This document shows positions 39,347-49,658 of a DNA stretch of 64,000 nt, piece after piece. A model generated the notes under the pieces. It saw nothing but the letters and a program-made list of their open reading frames with translations. It was not told where the DNA came from and did not search any database. The DNA is from an uncultured Nitrospiraceae bacterium. Lineage in GTDB: Bacteria; Nitrospirota; Thermodesulfovibrionia; Thermodesulfovibrionales; UBA6898. Where the stretch lies: assembly GCA_963811165.1 (NCBI GenBank), contig CAWEQH010000010.1:1056001-1120000 (forward strand), given 5' to 3'. How positions within the stretch are numbered: position 1 is the first letter of the stretch; every line of letters starts with the position of its first letter. A program made the position numbers and the translations under genes.

Positions 39347-40644
39347 AGCTCCGCATCTTACTGGTAAACCCCTGGATATACGACTTTGCAGCGGCAAACC
39401 TCTGGTCGAGGCCGCTCGGACTCCTAACGGTTGCCGAGTGCCTGAGCTGCTACGATGTCGAACTCCCGCTCATCGACTGCACTGATGTCTTACTCAAAAC
39501 AGACCCGGGCAGAGGAAAATATCCCAAGGAGAGGGTCGAAAAACCTGAGTGTCTGAAGCGGATGCCAAGGACATTCGGGAGATACGGTATTTCTCCCGAT
39601 GAATTCAGCCTGAGACTGTCGAAGGCCGCACCCTTCGATCTTGTTTTCGTCACCTCGATCATGTCCTGGTGGTATCCAGGGGTCCGGAAGGTCATAGAGA
39701 TTATCAGGGAAGGATATAAGGGCGTGCCTATCGTCCTTGGGGGCATATACGCTACGCTCTGGCATAGTCACGCTTCCGGCACATCAGGGGCCGATTTCAT
39801 TCATAAGGGTCCCATCGGAGAAGAGATAAGGGCAGTCTTCAATACCTTCGGATTCAGACTGAAAAAAAAAGCGGATATCGCATCTCCCTATTACAAACTG
39901 GGTCTTTATTCAGGGTATCCGTTCGCCCCTGTCCTAAGCAGCGCGGGGTGCCCTTTTTCATGCGCTTACTGCGCCTCCGGAATCCTCCGAAAGGGCTTTT
40001 CCCGGCGAGCGCCGCATGAAGTCGTAAATGAAATAAAGGAGCTTTCTCAAGAAGGGGTACGGGACTTTGCCTTTTACGACGACGCCCTTTTGGCCGACGC
40101 CGACAGACATATCGGGCCCATCCTCGAAAAGATCAAGGCGTTAGAGATACATGCACGGTTCCACTGCCCAAACGGGCTGCACGCAAGGTTTATCGATGAC
40201 GGACTCGCCGGTCTCATGAGGGATTCCGGGTTCAAAACAATCAGACTGGGGTTCGAGACAGTTTACGGAGAAAGACAGAAAGAGACCGGAGGCAAGGTCA
40301 CATGCGAAGACCTCGTTTCTGCGGTAGAGCGCCTGAAAAGACACGGCTTCACGAAAAAAGAGATCGGCGTTTATCTTATGTACGGTCTGCCCGGACAGCC
40401 ACTCGAGGAGGTAAAAGAAGGAGTGGCTTTCCTGATATCACTCGGCGTAAATGTACACCTCGCCGAGTTCTCGCCGATACCTGGCACCAGGAGCTGGAAG
40501 GAACTTGAGTATACGGGCGTCGTGAAAGAAGGTATGGATCCGCTTCTTACAAACAATACCGTCTTTTCGTATCTCTTCTCCGGCTATGATCCGCATAAAG
40601 TCGACGAGCTCAAACTCAAAGTGAAAAACCACAATATGTCCTGA
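39343..40644 (+). CDS. B12-binding-domain radical SAM protein
   Basis: N-terminal PLGLL..A / LGGIYA region, GCPFSCAYC, FYDD. Confidence 0.85.
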   Translation: MKLRILLVNPWIYDFAAANLWSRPLGLLTVAECLSCYDVELPLIDCTDVLLKTDPGRGKYPKERVEKPECLKRMPRTFGRYGISPDEFSLRLSKAAPFDLVFVTSIMSWWYPGVRKVIEIIREGYKGVPIVLGGIYATLWHSHASGTSGADFIHKGPIGEEIRAVFNTFGFRLKKKADIASPYYKLGLYSGYPFAPVLSSAGCPFSCAYCASGILRKGFSRRAPHEVVNEIKELSQEGVRDFAFYDDALLADADRHIGPILEKIKALEIHARFHCPNGLHARFIDDGLAGLMRDSGFKTIRLGFETVYGERQKETGGKVTCEDLVSAVERLKRHGFTKKEIGVYLMYGLPGQPLEEVKEGVAFLISLGVNVHLAEFSPIPGTRSWKELEYTGVVKEGMDPLLTNNTVFSYLFSGYDPHKVDELKLKVKNHNMS

Positions 40645-40819
40645 CAGCGGCGGCCCCCCCTTCGGAATTATAACTGTCCTTAACCCGCTCTTATCTTAGG
40701 GGTCGATTACCGCTCAATCCCGAAAGCCCCTCACCCTATCCCCCCCTTGACACGGGCGGGTTCTATGGCCGACACTATCTAAGGATGGAGTTTTTGAAGA
40801 CAGGGAAAGGACGCGGGGA

Positions 40820-42106
40820 TTGAACGCACCGGATCTGATAAATCGTTTCAGCATGCCTTTTGCCGGAGAGCCTGGTATGAATATCCCTTCCTCCGGGGGC
40901 GATGCAAAAACAGGGTTGACGTGGTTATTTTTCATCATCGCCGTCCCCATAATCATTCTGCTTCTTGCGCTGCTCAGGTTCATTTATAAAAACACCATCG
41001 GAAAAAAAATGCAGACCACGCTCCTCGAAGACTATAAGAAAGAGGCTGAGGATTACGAAAAGAAAGGAAAATTCATATCGGCCGCGGACGTATACGAAAA
41101 CAGGCTGAAGAACCCTGGGAAGGCGGCCGCCCTTTTAGAAAAGGGCGGCGCGCACCGTAAGGCTGCACTCCTTTACGAATCCCTTGGAATGTCCCAAAAA
41201 GCAAAAGAGATGTATGAAAAACAGGGTGACATGGAAAGTTCAGCCGAGGTCTCTGTCGGAGATGGGGAATATGAAGAGGCCGCGAAGCTCTATGATAAGG
41301 CCGGAAAAAAGATCGACGCCGCGATGATGTTTGAACGGGCCGGGAGGAACCTTGCCGCAATGAGGGCTTACAGGGAGGCCGGAGAGTACAGAAGGGCATC
41401 GGTCCTCCTTGAGAAGGAAGGCATGGGAAAAGAGGCCGTCGAGATGTTCGGGCTTTCCCTTGCCGGCAGGGCGGCGGAGGCCTCGAACATTGCAGATTAT
41501 TATCTCTATGCCCACAAGCTCGAGGGGATCGGCGAAACAGAAAAGGCGCTCGGAGTGCTGAAGGAAATAGACAAGGTTGATCCGTCTTACAAAGACGTAA
41601 GAGAAAAAATCCATCTTCTTTCCCCTTCCGCCCAGAAGGAAGAGGCCCCTGAGGGAACGACCAGGCTCAGAAGTCTCATCAGAAGCGGCAGGATAGAACC
41701 TAAATACAGTCTGAAGCTCTGGGTCCAGATACTCAGAAAATTGCAGGAGGCATATAAAGGCGGACGCGGCTTCGGCCTGATGAGTCCGGATACTATTGCA
41801 ATAGACCCGCAAAACAATGTCTCCTTCCTCAGCGGCTTTGTCTCTTCGGGCTATCGTGCCCCGGAGGTCTCAAAGGGAGAGCAGCCGGATGTAAGGGCGG
41901 ACATATACTCCTCGGGCGTCATGCTTTACGAAATGCTCACAGGGGGCCTCGACGGCCTCGGCACCAGGCGGGTCAGCGATATCACCGACGTGCCCGATTG
42001 GCTCGATGAGATCGTGATCAAATGCATCCGGAAAGTAAAGGAAGACAGGTACCAGAGCCTGGAAGAAATATTCATCGACCTCAAGAACCTCTCGAAGAGC
42101 AAATAG
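40820..42106 (+). CDS. membrane-anchored TPR-like repeat protein with degenerate Ser/Thr kinase C-lobe
   Basis: TM helix, AA.LYEK.G repeats, YRAPE, ADIYSSGVMLYEMLTG, KC.....DRY; start codon uncertain. Confidence 0.75.
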   Translation: MNAPDLINRFSMPFAGEPGMNIPSSGGDAKTGLTWLFFIIAVPIIILLLALLRFIYKNTIGKKMQTTLLEDYKKEAEDYEKKGKFISAADVYENRLKNPGKAAALLEKGGAHRKAALLYESLGMSQKAKEMYEKQGDMESSAEVSVGDGEYEEAAKLYDKAGKKIDAAMMFERAGRNLAAMRAYREAGEYRRASVLLEKEGMGKEAVEMFGLSLAGRAAEASNIADYYLYAHKLEGIGETEKALGVLKEIDKVDPSYKDVREKIHLLSPSAQKEEAPEGTTRLRSLIRSGRIEPKYSLKLWVQILRKLQEAYKGGRGFGLMSPDTIAIDPQNNVSFLSGFVSSGYRAPEVSKGEQPDVRADIYSSGVMLYEMLTGGLDGLGTRRVSDITDVPDWLDEIVIKCIRKVKEDRYQSLEEIFIDLKNLSKSK

Positions 42107-42136
42107 GGTTGTATACTACATGTTCTCCCAAGAGAG

Positions 42137-42469
42137 ATGATAATGAAAAAATGCCCCTTCTGCGCTGAAGATATTCAAGACGCCGCGATAAAGTGTAAAC
42201 ACTGCGGGGAGTTTCTGGATGGCGCCACTCCCCCACGCTCTCACGAAGAAAAGCTTCCATGGTATTTCCGAAAAGCCTTCATCATAATCGCAGTATGCAC
42301 TGTGGGGCCTCTGGCGTTACCCCTTATTTGGTGGCGTCCTAAAACGACTCGGGCATGGAAGATCGGACTCACCATAGGGATCCTCGTTCTCAGTTGGTTC
42401 TTGATCAAAACCACGATAGAATCCATTCGTACACTCAGGGAGTATTACAAGCTGATTGAAGGGCTGTGA
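42137..42469 (+). CDS. zinc-ribbon membrane protein
   Basis: KKCPFCAE.I...A.KCKHCGE followed by two hydrophobic segments. Confidence 0.8.
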   Translation: MIMKKCPFCAEDIQDAAIKCKHCGEFLDGATPPRSHEEKLPWYFRKAFIIIAVCTVGPLALPLIWWRPKTTRAWKIGLTIGILVLSWFLIKTTIESIRTLREYYKLIEGL

Positions 42470-42583
42470 AATGATCTGCGGGGAGAACAAGTTTGCAAAA
42501 AAGTTCTTATGCTTTTGAAGCCCAAGGTCTGGTAAAATTAGTTGCCGTAGAAGAATGGAATCTTTTATAAAAGGACGCCTATT

Positions 42584-43399
42584 GTGAACGTATTGGACAA
42601 GCTGGAAAGAAGGTTCCGACGATATGCGATAAGGGAATTGATAGTATATATCATCGGGCTCAATGCCCTTATCTATTTCCTCCGTTATGCCTACCCGCAA
42701 AGCGGGGCGATAGGCAAGCTCGTTCTCGACCCCTATCTCGTTATGCAGGGCGAAGTCTGGAGACTGGTCACCTTCGTATTTATACCTCCTGCGACCTCGA
42801 TCCTCTGGATTTTTTTCATCCTGTACTTCTACTACATCGTAGGCATCGGCCTCGAACGCGAATGGGGGAGTTTCAGATTCAACGTCTACTATTTCACCGG
42901 GATGCTCGCCACCGGCCTTGCGGCATTCATCACGGGACAGGGCGCAACAGCGCTCTACCTGAACCTTTCGTTGTTTCTGGCGTTTGCATACGTATACCCC
43001 GACTATCAGATACTGCTGTTTTTCATACTCCCCGTGAAGGTAAAGTATCTGGCCTGGCTCAACTGGGCCTTTATCGGGTTCACCGTCCTGACCGCGCCGC
43101 TTTCGAGCAAGGTAGCGGCACTTGTTTCCGTAGGAAATTATTTCCTTTTTTTCGGCGGCGACATCCTCTCAACTATTCGGAACAGGAGTTCGTCCTATCA
43201 GAGAAGAAAACCTTTCAGGGCGCTTGCACAGCAAAGGCCCTCCACCATTCACCGATGCACAGTCTGCAATAAGACCGAAAAGGACGACCCGCAGATGGAT
43301 TTCAGGTATTGTTCCACCTGCGAAGGCGATTATGAATATTGCATGGAGCATTTAAAGACTCACGAGCACGTAAAGTCTGAAAAAACAGGCAACGGATAA
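42584..43399 (+). CDS. rhomboid-like membrane protein with C-terminal Cys/His finger
   Basis: GEVWRLVTF, LEREWGSFRFN, HRCTVC...FRYCSTC...YCMEHL. Confidence 0.75.
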   Translation: MNVLDKLERRFRRYAIRELIVYIIGLNALIYFLRYAYPQSGAIGKLVLDPYLVMQGEVWRLVTFVFIPPATSILWIFFILYFYYIVGIGLEREWGSFRFNVYYFTGMLATGLAAFITGQGATALYLNLSLFLAFAYVYPDYQILLFFILPVKVKYLAWLNWAFIGFTVLTAPLSSKVAALVSVGNYFLFFGGDILSTIRNRSSSYQRRKPFRALAQQRPSTIHRCTVCNKTEKDDPQMDFRYCSTCEGDYEYCMEHLKTHEHVKSEKTGNG

Positions 43400-43441
43400 G
43401 AAAGAAACCTGGAAAAATGCTCAATCGTGCGTCCTTTGCGA

Positions 43442-43681
43442 TTATTTCTTTTCCGACAAAGGCTTTTTCTTTCGGGTGATTTTTTTTTGAGCTACCTTTT
43501 TTATTGTTTTCTTTGTTATTTGTTTTTTGGGTTTCGTTTGTTTTCTCCCACCAGAAGTCATCTCTGTCACCTCGACGCCGCAACAGTAAATGGGACTTAA
43601 CTGGACTTCCCCGGTGGCTGTTACAACGACTTCTGAACCACACTCTGTACACACAAAGTTAACTATTCTTGTTGTTGCCAT
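43442..43681 (-). CDS. desulforedoxin-like metal-binding domain with Lys-rich tail
   Basis: FVCTECGSEV...IYCCG, then KQTKPKKQITKKTIKKVAQKKITRKKK; GGGGAAG RBS. Confidence 0.7.
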   Translation of the reverse strand: MATTRIVNFVCTECGSEVVVTATGEVQLSPIYCCGVEVTEMTSGGRKQTKPKKQITKKTIKKVAQKKITRKKKPLSEKK

Positions 43682-43870
43682 GATTCTTCCCCCTTTTATT
43701 GCAGCTTTTATGGTAATTATATGATCTTTTATGCGCCCTTGCAAATGGTAAGAGAATATCCGGACAACATACCGTGGAATCCGACCGCTTGACAAATGTT
43801 GTTTCTCTGATACATTTATATTAAGTTCCTTGGAACGGACTATATAACCCTGATGAACGGAGGTAGACAC

Positions 43871-44167
43871 ATGAAAGTGAAAGGGGCAATTACGCTTCTT
43901 CTTATCGCCTTTGCAGTGTTAGCTTTTGTTGGAACGGCCCTTGCAAAACAGATGTCCGGAGAAGTGATTGCTGTCGATGCCGCGAAGGGCACTCTTACAC
44001 TAAAGAGCGGAACGGTTGAGACGGGCTACGACTGTGAGGAAGGTTCCCTGATCAAGGATGTTAAGGTTGGGGACAAAGTAACTGTGCAATACAAGGAGAA
44101 AGACGGCAAGAAGATAGCCACAAAGGTTACGCAGAAGAAGAAAAAGAAAGCAGCCGACGGGATGTAA
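43871..44167 (+). CDS. small secreted OB-fold-like protein
   Basis: Signal peptide; GEVIAVD...VKVGDKVTVQY; similar style to 13755..14075. Confidence 0.7.
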   Translation: MKVKGAITLLLIAFAVLAFVGTALAKQMSGEVIAVDAAKGTLTLKSGTVETGYDCEEGSLIKDVKVGDKVTVQYKEKDGKKIATKVTQKKKKKAADGM

Positions 44168-44178
44168 GGTTCTTCGCG

Positions 44179-44210
44179 GAAAAGTCGGGCGGGTATCTGC
44201 CCGACTTTTC
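44179..44210. terminator. intrinsic (possibly bidirectional) terminator
   Basis: GAAAAGTCGGGC-N8-GCCCGACTTTTC. Confidence 0.7.
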
Positions 44211-44319
44211 TGTTTTATGGTTTTCTGTTGAACGGTACACAATAATTACATTCTGAAACGCCAAACAAGGCGAGGCAAAGATAATCCCTTGATTGCATGG
44301 TAAAAAAAAGAGGAAAGAA

Positions 44320-44658
44320 ATGAAGAAAGTTATTTTTATGGCAGTGTTAATAGTTTTAGGATTAGGCCTGTTTTGGGGCTGCGCCACAATGCGAACAGGG
44401 TCAGATCCCCGGTCTACAAGAATTGAAGGACCAATTATTGAGGACAGGATTGCCGCACTTCAAAGAAGAATTGATGATGGAAAAATCAACGGGCGATATC
44501 CCGGGACGGAAGGGAAAGCGTTGCAATTCAGACTGGACGCCATTCGGGGCGATTATTTACGGATGACAGAAGGAGGCAGATACATCACGCACGAGGAGAG
44601 AAGAGACATTTCGAGCCGGCTTGATTTGTTGGAAAAAGATCTACATCGGTCCCGGTAG
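44320..44658 (+). CDS. hypothetical lipoprotein
   Basis: MKKVIF...FWGC lipobox; helical body. Confidence 0.7.
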   Translation: MKKVIFMAVLIVLGLGLFWGCATMRTGSDPRSTRIEGPIIEDRIAALQRRIDDGKINGRYPGTEGKALQFRLDAIRGDYLRMTEGGRYITHEERRDISSRLDLLEKDLHRSR

Positions 44659-44800
44659 ACTTAATGGCAATCTTGTGGTGCTGATCAGAGTCATTCGGGG
44701 CCGCAAACCGTTCCGACGGATTAGACTGTTTTATAAATAAAAAATCAAAAGTCAAAAATCAGGGATGATCCAAGCGCAGGATAATTAAATCGCGCAGATG

Positions 44801-45850
44801 TTAAGACGCTGATCTTGCCTCTGCGGGGGTGACTTCCACTTCAATCTTTTCCCGGACCCTGATGAGCGTGAGCTTCACCGGCCGGCCTATGGGCCACTCG
44901 GCAAGAAATCGGTGTATATGATCGACGCTGGTTACCGGCTGCCCGTTGACGGCAACAATGATGTCTCCCCCCCGTACGTTGCCCTGCCACGCCGGACCAT
45001 TGGGCTCTACCGAGAAGACCTCCACAGCCGAGTCGGCCTGAAGATTATAGAAACGCACCAAGCGGCGGTCCAGGGGGCGCTGTTGCGCGGCTATCCCCAA
45101 ATAGCCCCGAAGTACGCGGCCGTGTGTAAGAAGCTGCGAGACCACCCACTTGGCCGTATCTGACGGAATGGAAAATCCGATGCCCTGCGCCATTATGATA
45201 ATGGCCGTATTGATAGCAACTATATGTCCGCGCGAATCAAGAAGCGGCCCGCCTGAGTTGCCAGGATTGAGCGGGGCCGTGTGCTGGATGACGTTTTCTA
45301 TCAGCCGGCCTTCACGGCTTCTAAGTGCCCTGCCTGTTGCGCTTGCTACGCCTGTCGATACGGTTGACTGGAACCCAAAGGGGTTACCGATAGCTATTAC
45401 CAGCTGGCCTACGCGCAGGGCCGACGAATTTCCCAATGTGGCATAGGGAAGGCTGGAACCGCCGGCGCGGATAACGGCAAGGTCGGTGGCCGGGTCTGTG
45501 CCCACAACCCCGGCTTCCAGGGTTGCTCCGCTGGTCATCGTGACGGCAAGCTCCTGCGCGCCGTGCACAACGTGGTCGTTGGTGAGGATATATCCATCGG
45601 GGGCGATGATAACGCCCGAGCCCGCACCTACCTGTTCGGGCTCTCCTCGATGCAACTGCTTGCCGATTGCGATGCCCACCACCGCCGGTCCCACCGCATC
45701 CACAACGGCTATAACGGCCCTGGAGTATGCATCCAGGAGCTCGGTATCGTATTTTTCCGCTTCTTTAACCTCGCAAGGGGCTTCGGAGGCCTTTATGGCC
45801 TCTTCGCCGTTGACGAACCTCAACGCGCGCTGCCGGATGTCTTCGTTCAT
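44801..45850 (-). CDS. HtrA/DegP-family S1C serine protease with one PDZ domain
   Basis: GSGVII, TNDHV, DLAV, NPGNSGGPL, GYLGI; no obvious signal peptide. Confidence 0.92.
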   Translation of the reverse strand: MNEDIRQRALRFVNGEEAIKASEAPCEVKEAEKYDTELLDAYSRAVIAVVDAVGPAVVGIAIGKQLHRGEPEQVGAGSGVIIAPDGYILTNDHVVHGAQELAVTMTSGATLEAGVVGTDPATDLAVIRAGGSSLPYATLGNSSALRVGQLVIAIGNPFGFQSTVSTGVASATGRALRSREGRLIENVIQHTAPLNPGNSGGPLLDSRGHIVAINTAIIIMAQGIGFSIPSDTAKWVVSQLLTHGRVLRGYLGIAAQQRPLDRRLVRFYNLQADSAVEVFSVEPNGPAWQGNVRGGDIIVAVNGQPVTSVDHIHRFLAEWPIGRPVKLTLIRVREKIEVEVTPAEARSAS

Positions 45851-45908
45851 TTTTTTCTCTGATACAAGATGTTTTATTTATAGCTTATCATATTCCACTG
45901 CCGGCCTC

Positions 45909-48110
45909 TCACTGATCCAATACCTCTCGTATCCTTCTCAAGATTGCATCCGGCGAGGCGGCCTTTGATATGAAATTGATTCCTCCCTCACTTACTCCGA
46001 GAGAGTCAATAATATCCGCAGTGTAACCACTGACAAAAAGAAATTTAGTCTGCGGGTGTATCTTCCTGATCTCTTCATACACTACTCTGCCGTTTTTTTT
46101 CGGCATCCTTACATCAAGAAATACAAGCTGAATTCTGTCTTTGTTCTCCATAAACACCTTGATCGCTTCCTCCCCATCCCGCGCCTCCAAAACAGTATAC
46201 CCGATCATCCTCACCATCTCGCTCATTGTCGCCCTTGCATCTTCGTCGTCCTCTGCCAAAAGGATCGTCTCCGTCCCTCCTGCGGCCAGGCGTCTGTCCC
46301 GTCCTATCGGTTGGATGACTTCCGCTTCCACTGTCGGAAAGTAGATCCTGAAGGTTGTCCCTTCTCCGGTAACAGACTCCACGTCAATGAATCCATTATG
46401 CTTTTTTACTATCCCGTAGGTAACCGCAAGTCCCAGCCCCGACCCCTTCCCCACTGCCTTCGTCGTAAAGAACGGCTCGAATATCTTCCCCCTTATGGCA
46501 TCTTCTATCCCGGCACCGTTGTCGGAAATGGTCAAAACGACATATTCCCCCGGGACACCGTACCCATGCTGCTTTTTAAATTCCTCATCCATCTTCATTA
46601 CGTCAGTGCCTATAGTCAGCCTTCCTCCGTCGGGCATCGCATCCCTTGCATTGGTAGCAAGATTGACCAAAACCTGCTCTATCTGGTTAATGTCCGCCAT
46701 CACCGTCGGGTTCTTGTCACTGAGCATCATTGCCAACTCTATGTCTTCACCAATAAGCTGGACCAGCATTTTTCCCACATTGCCGATAATTTCATTGAAA
46801 TGCACAGGTCTCAGGGAAATCTTCTGTTTTCTGCTGAAGGTAAGAAGATCCTGACTCAGAATGTTCGCCTTGTTAATCGAAGCGAGGACCTGCCGGACAT
46901 ATTTCATGACCGGGATGTCTTCCGGCAGTTTTTTTTGTATCAGGTACACAGATCCCTTCATGGTCGCTAAAATATTGCTGAACTCATGGGCGATCCCCCC
47001 GGCCAGGATCCCGACCGCCTCAAGTTTTTGGGACTGCCGCAACTGATCATTCAGAAGTGACAACTCCTTGGTACGCTGCTCAACCAATTTCTCAAGCTGG
47101 GTACGGTACTTTTCCAGTTCCATCTCTGCATGCTTGCGCTCGGAGATGTCAGTGATCACGCCGATCACGCCGAGTTCGTTGCCCTGAGCGTCATGGAAGC
47201 GTCTGCAGGCAAGATGGCCCCAGAACTCGGTGCCGTCCTTCCTTACGTAGTGGCGCTCGAGGTTCACCGAAGGTATCGTACTTGCCAGCAAGGCACGCAT
47301 ATTGAGCCTGCTGGTCTCCCGCTCGGAGGGATGAACATGATCTGCATATTCACTCTCGATAAGTTCCTCCATCGCGCAGCCGAACATCTCGGCCATGCAT
47401 CTGTTGGCATGGGTGATTCGACCACGTTTGTCCACGAGGCCGATCCCCACACTCGCCGTATCCATGATCTGCTGCACCATGACCCCGTGCTCCGCGATCT
47501 CCCTCGCTGCCCGCTTCCGCTCGCTGATGTCACGAACGATCGCCTGCACGTTCATCTTGCCGCCCAGTTCGAGCCTGCTTAGCGTAATCTCCACGTCAAA
47601 GGGGCTCCCGTCCGCACGCACCGGCTGCCACTCAAAGACCTGGGGGACGCCGTTCAACGCGGCCCGGATCTTCTCGCCGGCCACTTCCGACGAAAGCCGT
47701 CCATCGGGCTGCAGCTTTGGAGCGAACTCGCCGGGCGAACGGCCGATGATCTCCGCCTTCGTGAGCCCGTACATCTCGGCGCCTTTTTGGTTGCAGTCGA
47801 TAAAGCCGGTCTCATCATGGATGAAGATCCCGTCATTCGCAGATTCAAAGAGCAATCGGTATTTTCCCTCGTTTTCACGAAGTGAAATTTCAGACTGGGT
47901 CCTCTGCCTTGAATACAAACTGATAAGCCCATACAAAAAAGCCGCTGTCACCGATATGAACAGCCACCCTTTCACGATGCTGATTTTGGTAAGTATTTCA
48001 GGGTCTTTAGTTATTTGGGATACGAGGACATCAGAAGAGATTATCCACAAAAAACCGAAGACGATATAATATATGACAATTTTAAGAGGGGAAAGGTTCC
48101 GATCCATCAT
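45909..48110 (-). CDS. hybrid sensor histidine kinase (TM-PAS-PAS-HisKA-HATPase-REC)
   Basis: QSQKLEAVGILAGGIAHE, NARDAMP, DNGAG, FEPFFTTK, GLGL, receiver with LDVRMP. Confidence 0.93.
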   Translation of the reverse strand: MMDRNLSPLKIVIYYIVFGFLWIISSDVLVSQITKDPEILTKISIVKGWLFISVTAAFLYGLISLYSRQRTQSEISLRENEGKYRLLFESANDGIFIHDETGFIDCNQKGAEMYGLTKAEIIGRSPGEFAPKLQPDGRLSSEVAGEKIRAALNGVPQVFEWQPVRADGSPFDVEITLSRLELGGKMNVQAIVRDISERKRAAREIAEHGVMVQQIMDTASVGIGLVDKRGRITHANRCMAEMFGCAMEELIESEYADHVHPSERETSRLNMRALLASTIPSVNLERHYVRKDGTEFWGHLACRRFHDAQGNELGVIGVITDISERKHAEMELEKYRTQLEKLVEQRTKELSLLNDQLRQSQKLEAVGILAGGIAHEFSNILATMKGSVYLIQKKLPEDIPVMKYVRQVLASINKANILSQDLLTFSRKQKISLRPVHFNEIIGNVGKMLVQLIGEDIELAMMLSDKNPTVMADINQIEQVLVNLATNARDAMPDGGRLTIGTDVMKMDEEFKKQHGYGVPGEYVVLTISDNGAGIEDAIRGKIFEPFFTTKAVGKGSGLGLAVTYGIVKKHNGFIDVESVTGEGTTFRIYFPTVEAEVIQPIGRDRRLAAGGTETILLAEDDEDARATMSEMVRMIGYTVLEARDGEEAIKVFMENKDRIQLVFLDVRMPKKNGRVVYEEIRKIHPQTKFLFVSGYTADIIDSLGVSEGGINFISKAASPDAILRRIREVLDQ

Positions 48111-48297
48111 TAAAAAATCCTATCACATATGGATGGGTCATGACAAATACCCGGTCTCCCTTTAATGCTTCAAGCCGGCATATAGTGAATACATAGCAAT
48201 GCGTTTCTGCAATTATCAGCTCGACCGACCGAGCCAGATGAGACTGACAAAAGGGAGGAATTTCGAGGCGGACTTTATACCCGGAAAATAAACGGGG

Positions 48298-49545
48298 TTA
48301 ACCGACTATACCGTCGAGGACGTTCTTCTGGAGCGGCCCCAGGGCGGTCACCGCAAACGCGTCCCCGCTAATCAGCCGCCCGGAGAGCTCCCTGATCTGC
48401 TTCATATTGACCATGTCCACTGACTTCAGGATTTCCTCGGGAGAAATGTACCTGCCGAAATAGATCTCCTGTCTCGCGAGGTTGTTCATCCTGCTGTTTG
48501 TCGACTCAAGACCGAGTATCAGGTTCCCTTTCAGGTGGTTCTTCGCCCTCTGCAGTTCGACCTCGGTGAGAGTATGGCTGAAGTCCCGCATCTCGGCGAT
48601 GATGACCTCGGCCACTTCCCTTATCCTTTTTTTGGACACGCCGGCGTATACGCCCCACAACCCTGAATCCAGATATGAGGACGTGAACGAATACACTGAA
48701 TACGCAAGTCCCCTTTTCTCTCTTATCTCCTGGAAAAGACGCGAACTCACGCCTGCGCCGAGTATCGTGTTTAAGACGAAAAACGCGTACCGTTCCTCGC
48801 TCACCTGGGAGACACCGGGCACCCCTATGCAGACATGCGCCTCGGACATCTCCTTTGAGTAGACCTTGATGCTCCGATGAAATTCCGGTCCTACACCTTT
48901 CTTCGGGGTCGAACCCTGTCTGAGCCCCCCGAAGCGCCGGTTCAGGGTCGTGATCATCTCTTCCGGCTGAAAATTCCCGGCACAGGAGATAACGATGTCC
49001 TTTGTCCCGTAATATTTCTTGATATGAGACATCACATGGTCCCTCGTAAAAGACGCGACCGTCTCGCGCCGACCCAGGATCGGCTGGCCTATCCCCTCCT
49101 GTCCCCACACGGCCAGGCTGAAAAGGTCATGGATATAATCGTCCGGAGTGTCTTCGACCATCTTTATCTCTTCTTTGATGATCTTCTTTTCTTTCTCGAG
49201 CTCGTCTTCAGGGAATACCGAGTTAACGAAAATATCTGAGAGCAGGTCGATGCCTTTATCTATGTGTTCGTCAAGGACCTTGATGTAAAAGGCGGTATTT
49301 TCCCTCGACGTAAAGGCATTAAGGTCGCCGCCCAAAGAATCTATGTCAACGGAGATGTCCTTCGTCGTCCTTTTCTTGGTGCCCTTAAAAAACATGTGTT
49401 CCAGGAAGTGGGATATGCCGTTTTCCTCGCGTGACTCGTATCTCGAGCCGACCTTTACCCACACACCCACCGCCACGGAGCGCACGCTTCTGATCGGCTC
49501 CATGACCACCGGTATCCCGTTTTCGAGGTGTTCTTTTTTAAACAT
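48298..49545 (-). CDS. M16-family zinc peptidase
   Basis: HFLEHMFFKGT, NAFTS, SRLFQEIREKRGLAY; downstream of pnp. Confidence 0.93.
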   Translation of the reverse strand: MFKKEHLENGIPVVMEPIRSVRSVAVGVWVKVGSRYESREENGISHFLEHMFFKGTKKRTTKDISVDIDSLGGDLNAFTSRENTAFYIKVLDEHIDKGIDLLSDIFVNSVFPEDELEKEKKIIKEEIKMVEDTPDDYIHDLFSLAVWGQEGIGQPILGRRETVASFTRDHVMSHIKKYYGTKDIVISCAGNFQPEEMITTLNRRFGGLRQGSTPKKGVGPEFHRSIKVYSKEMSEAHVCIGVPGVSQVSEERYAFFVLNTILGAGVSSRLFQEIREKRGLAYSVYSFTSSYLDSGLWGVYAGVSKKRIREVAEVIIAEMRDFSHTLTEVELQRAKNHLKGNLILGLESTNSRMNNLARQEIYFGRYISPEEILKSVDMVNMKQIRELSGRLISGDAFAVTALGPLQKNVLDGIVG

Positions 49546-49600
49546 TTCGTTTCCCTTCTATCCCCAGCTTCGCAAAAGCATTAGTCGAAGTCAAGACACT

Positions 49601-49631
49601 AAAAATAAAAAGGGGATATACCTATCCCCTT
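49601..49631 (-). terminator. hairpin/terminator downstream of pnp
   Basis: AAGGGGATA-N4-TATCCCCTT with A-tract on its left. Confidence 0.55.
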
Positions 49632-49658
49632 CGACCTATCGATAAAGCGGAAATTAAA

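Noticed and set aside
44695..44740. GCAAACC motif suggestive of a c-di-GMP-I riboswitch
   Set aside because: The rest of the consensus (GAAA tetraloop stem, GACGCAAAGC) is absent and it lies between convergent genes.
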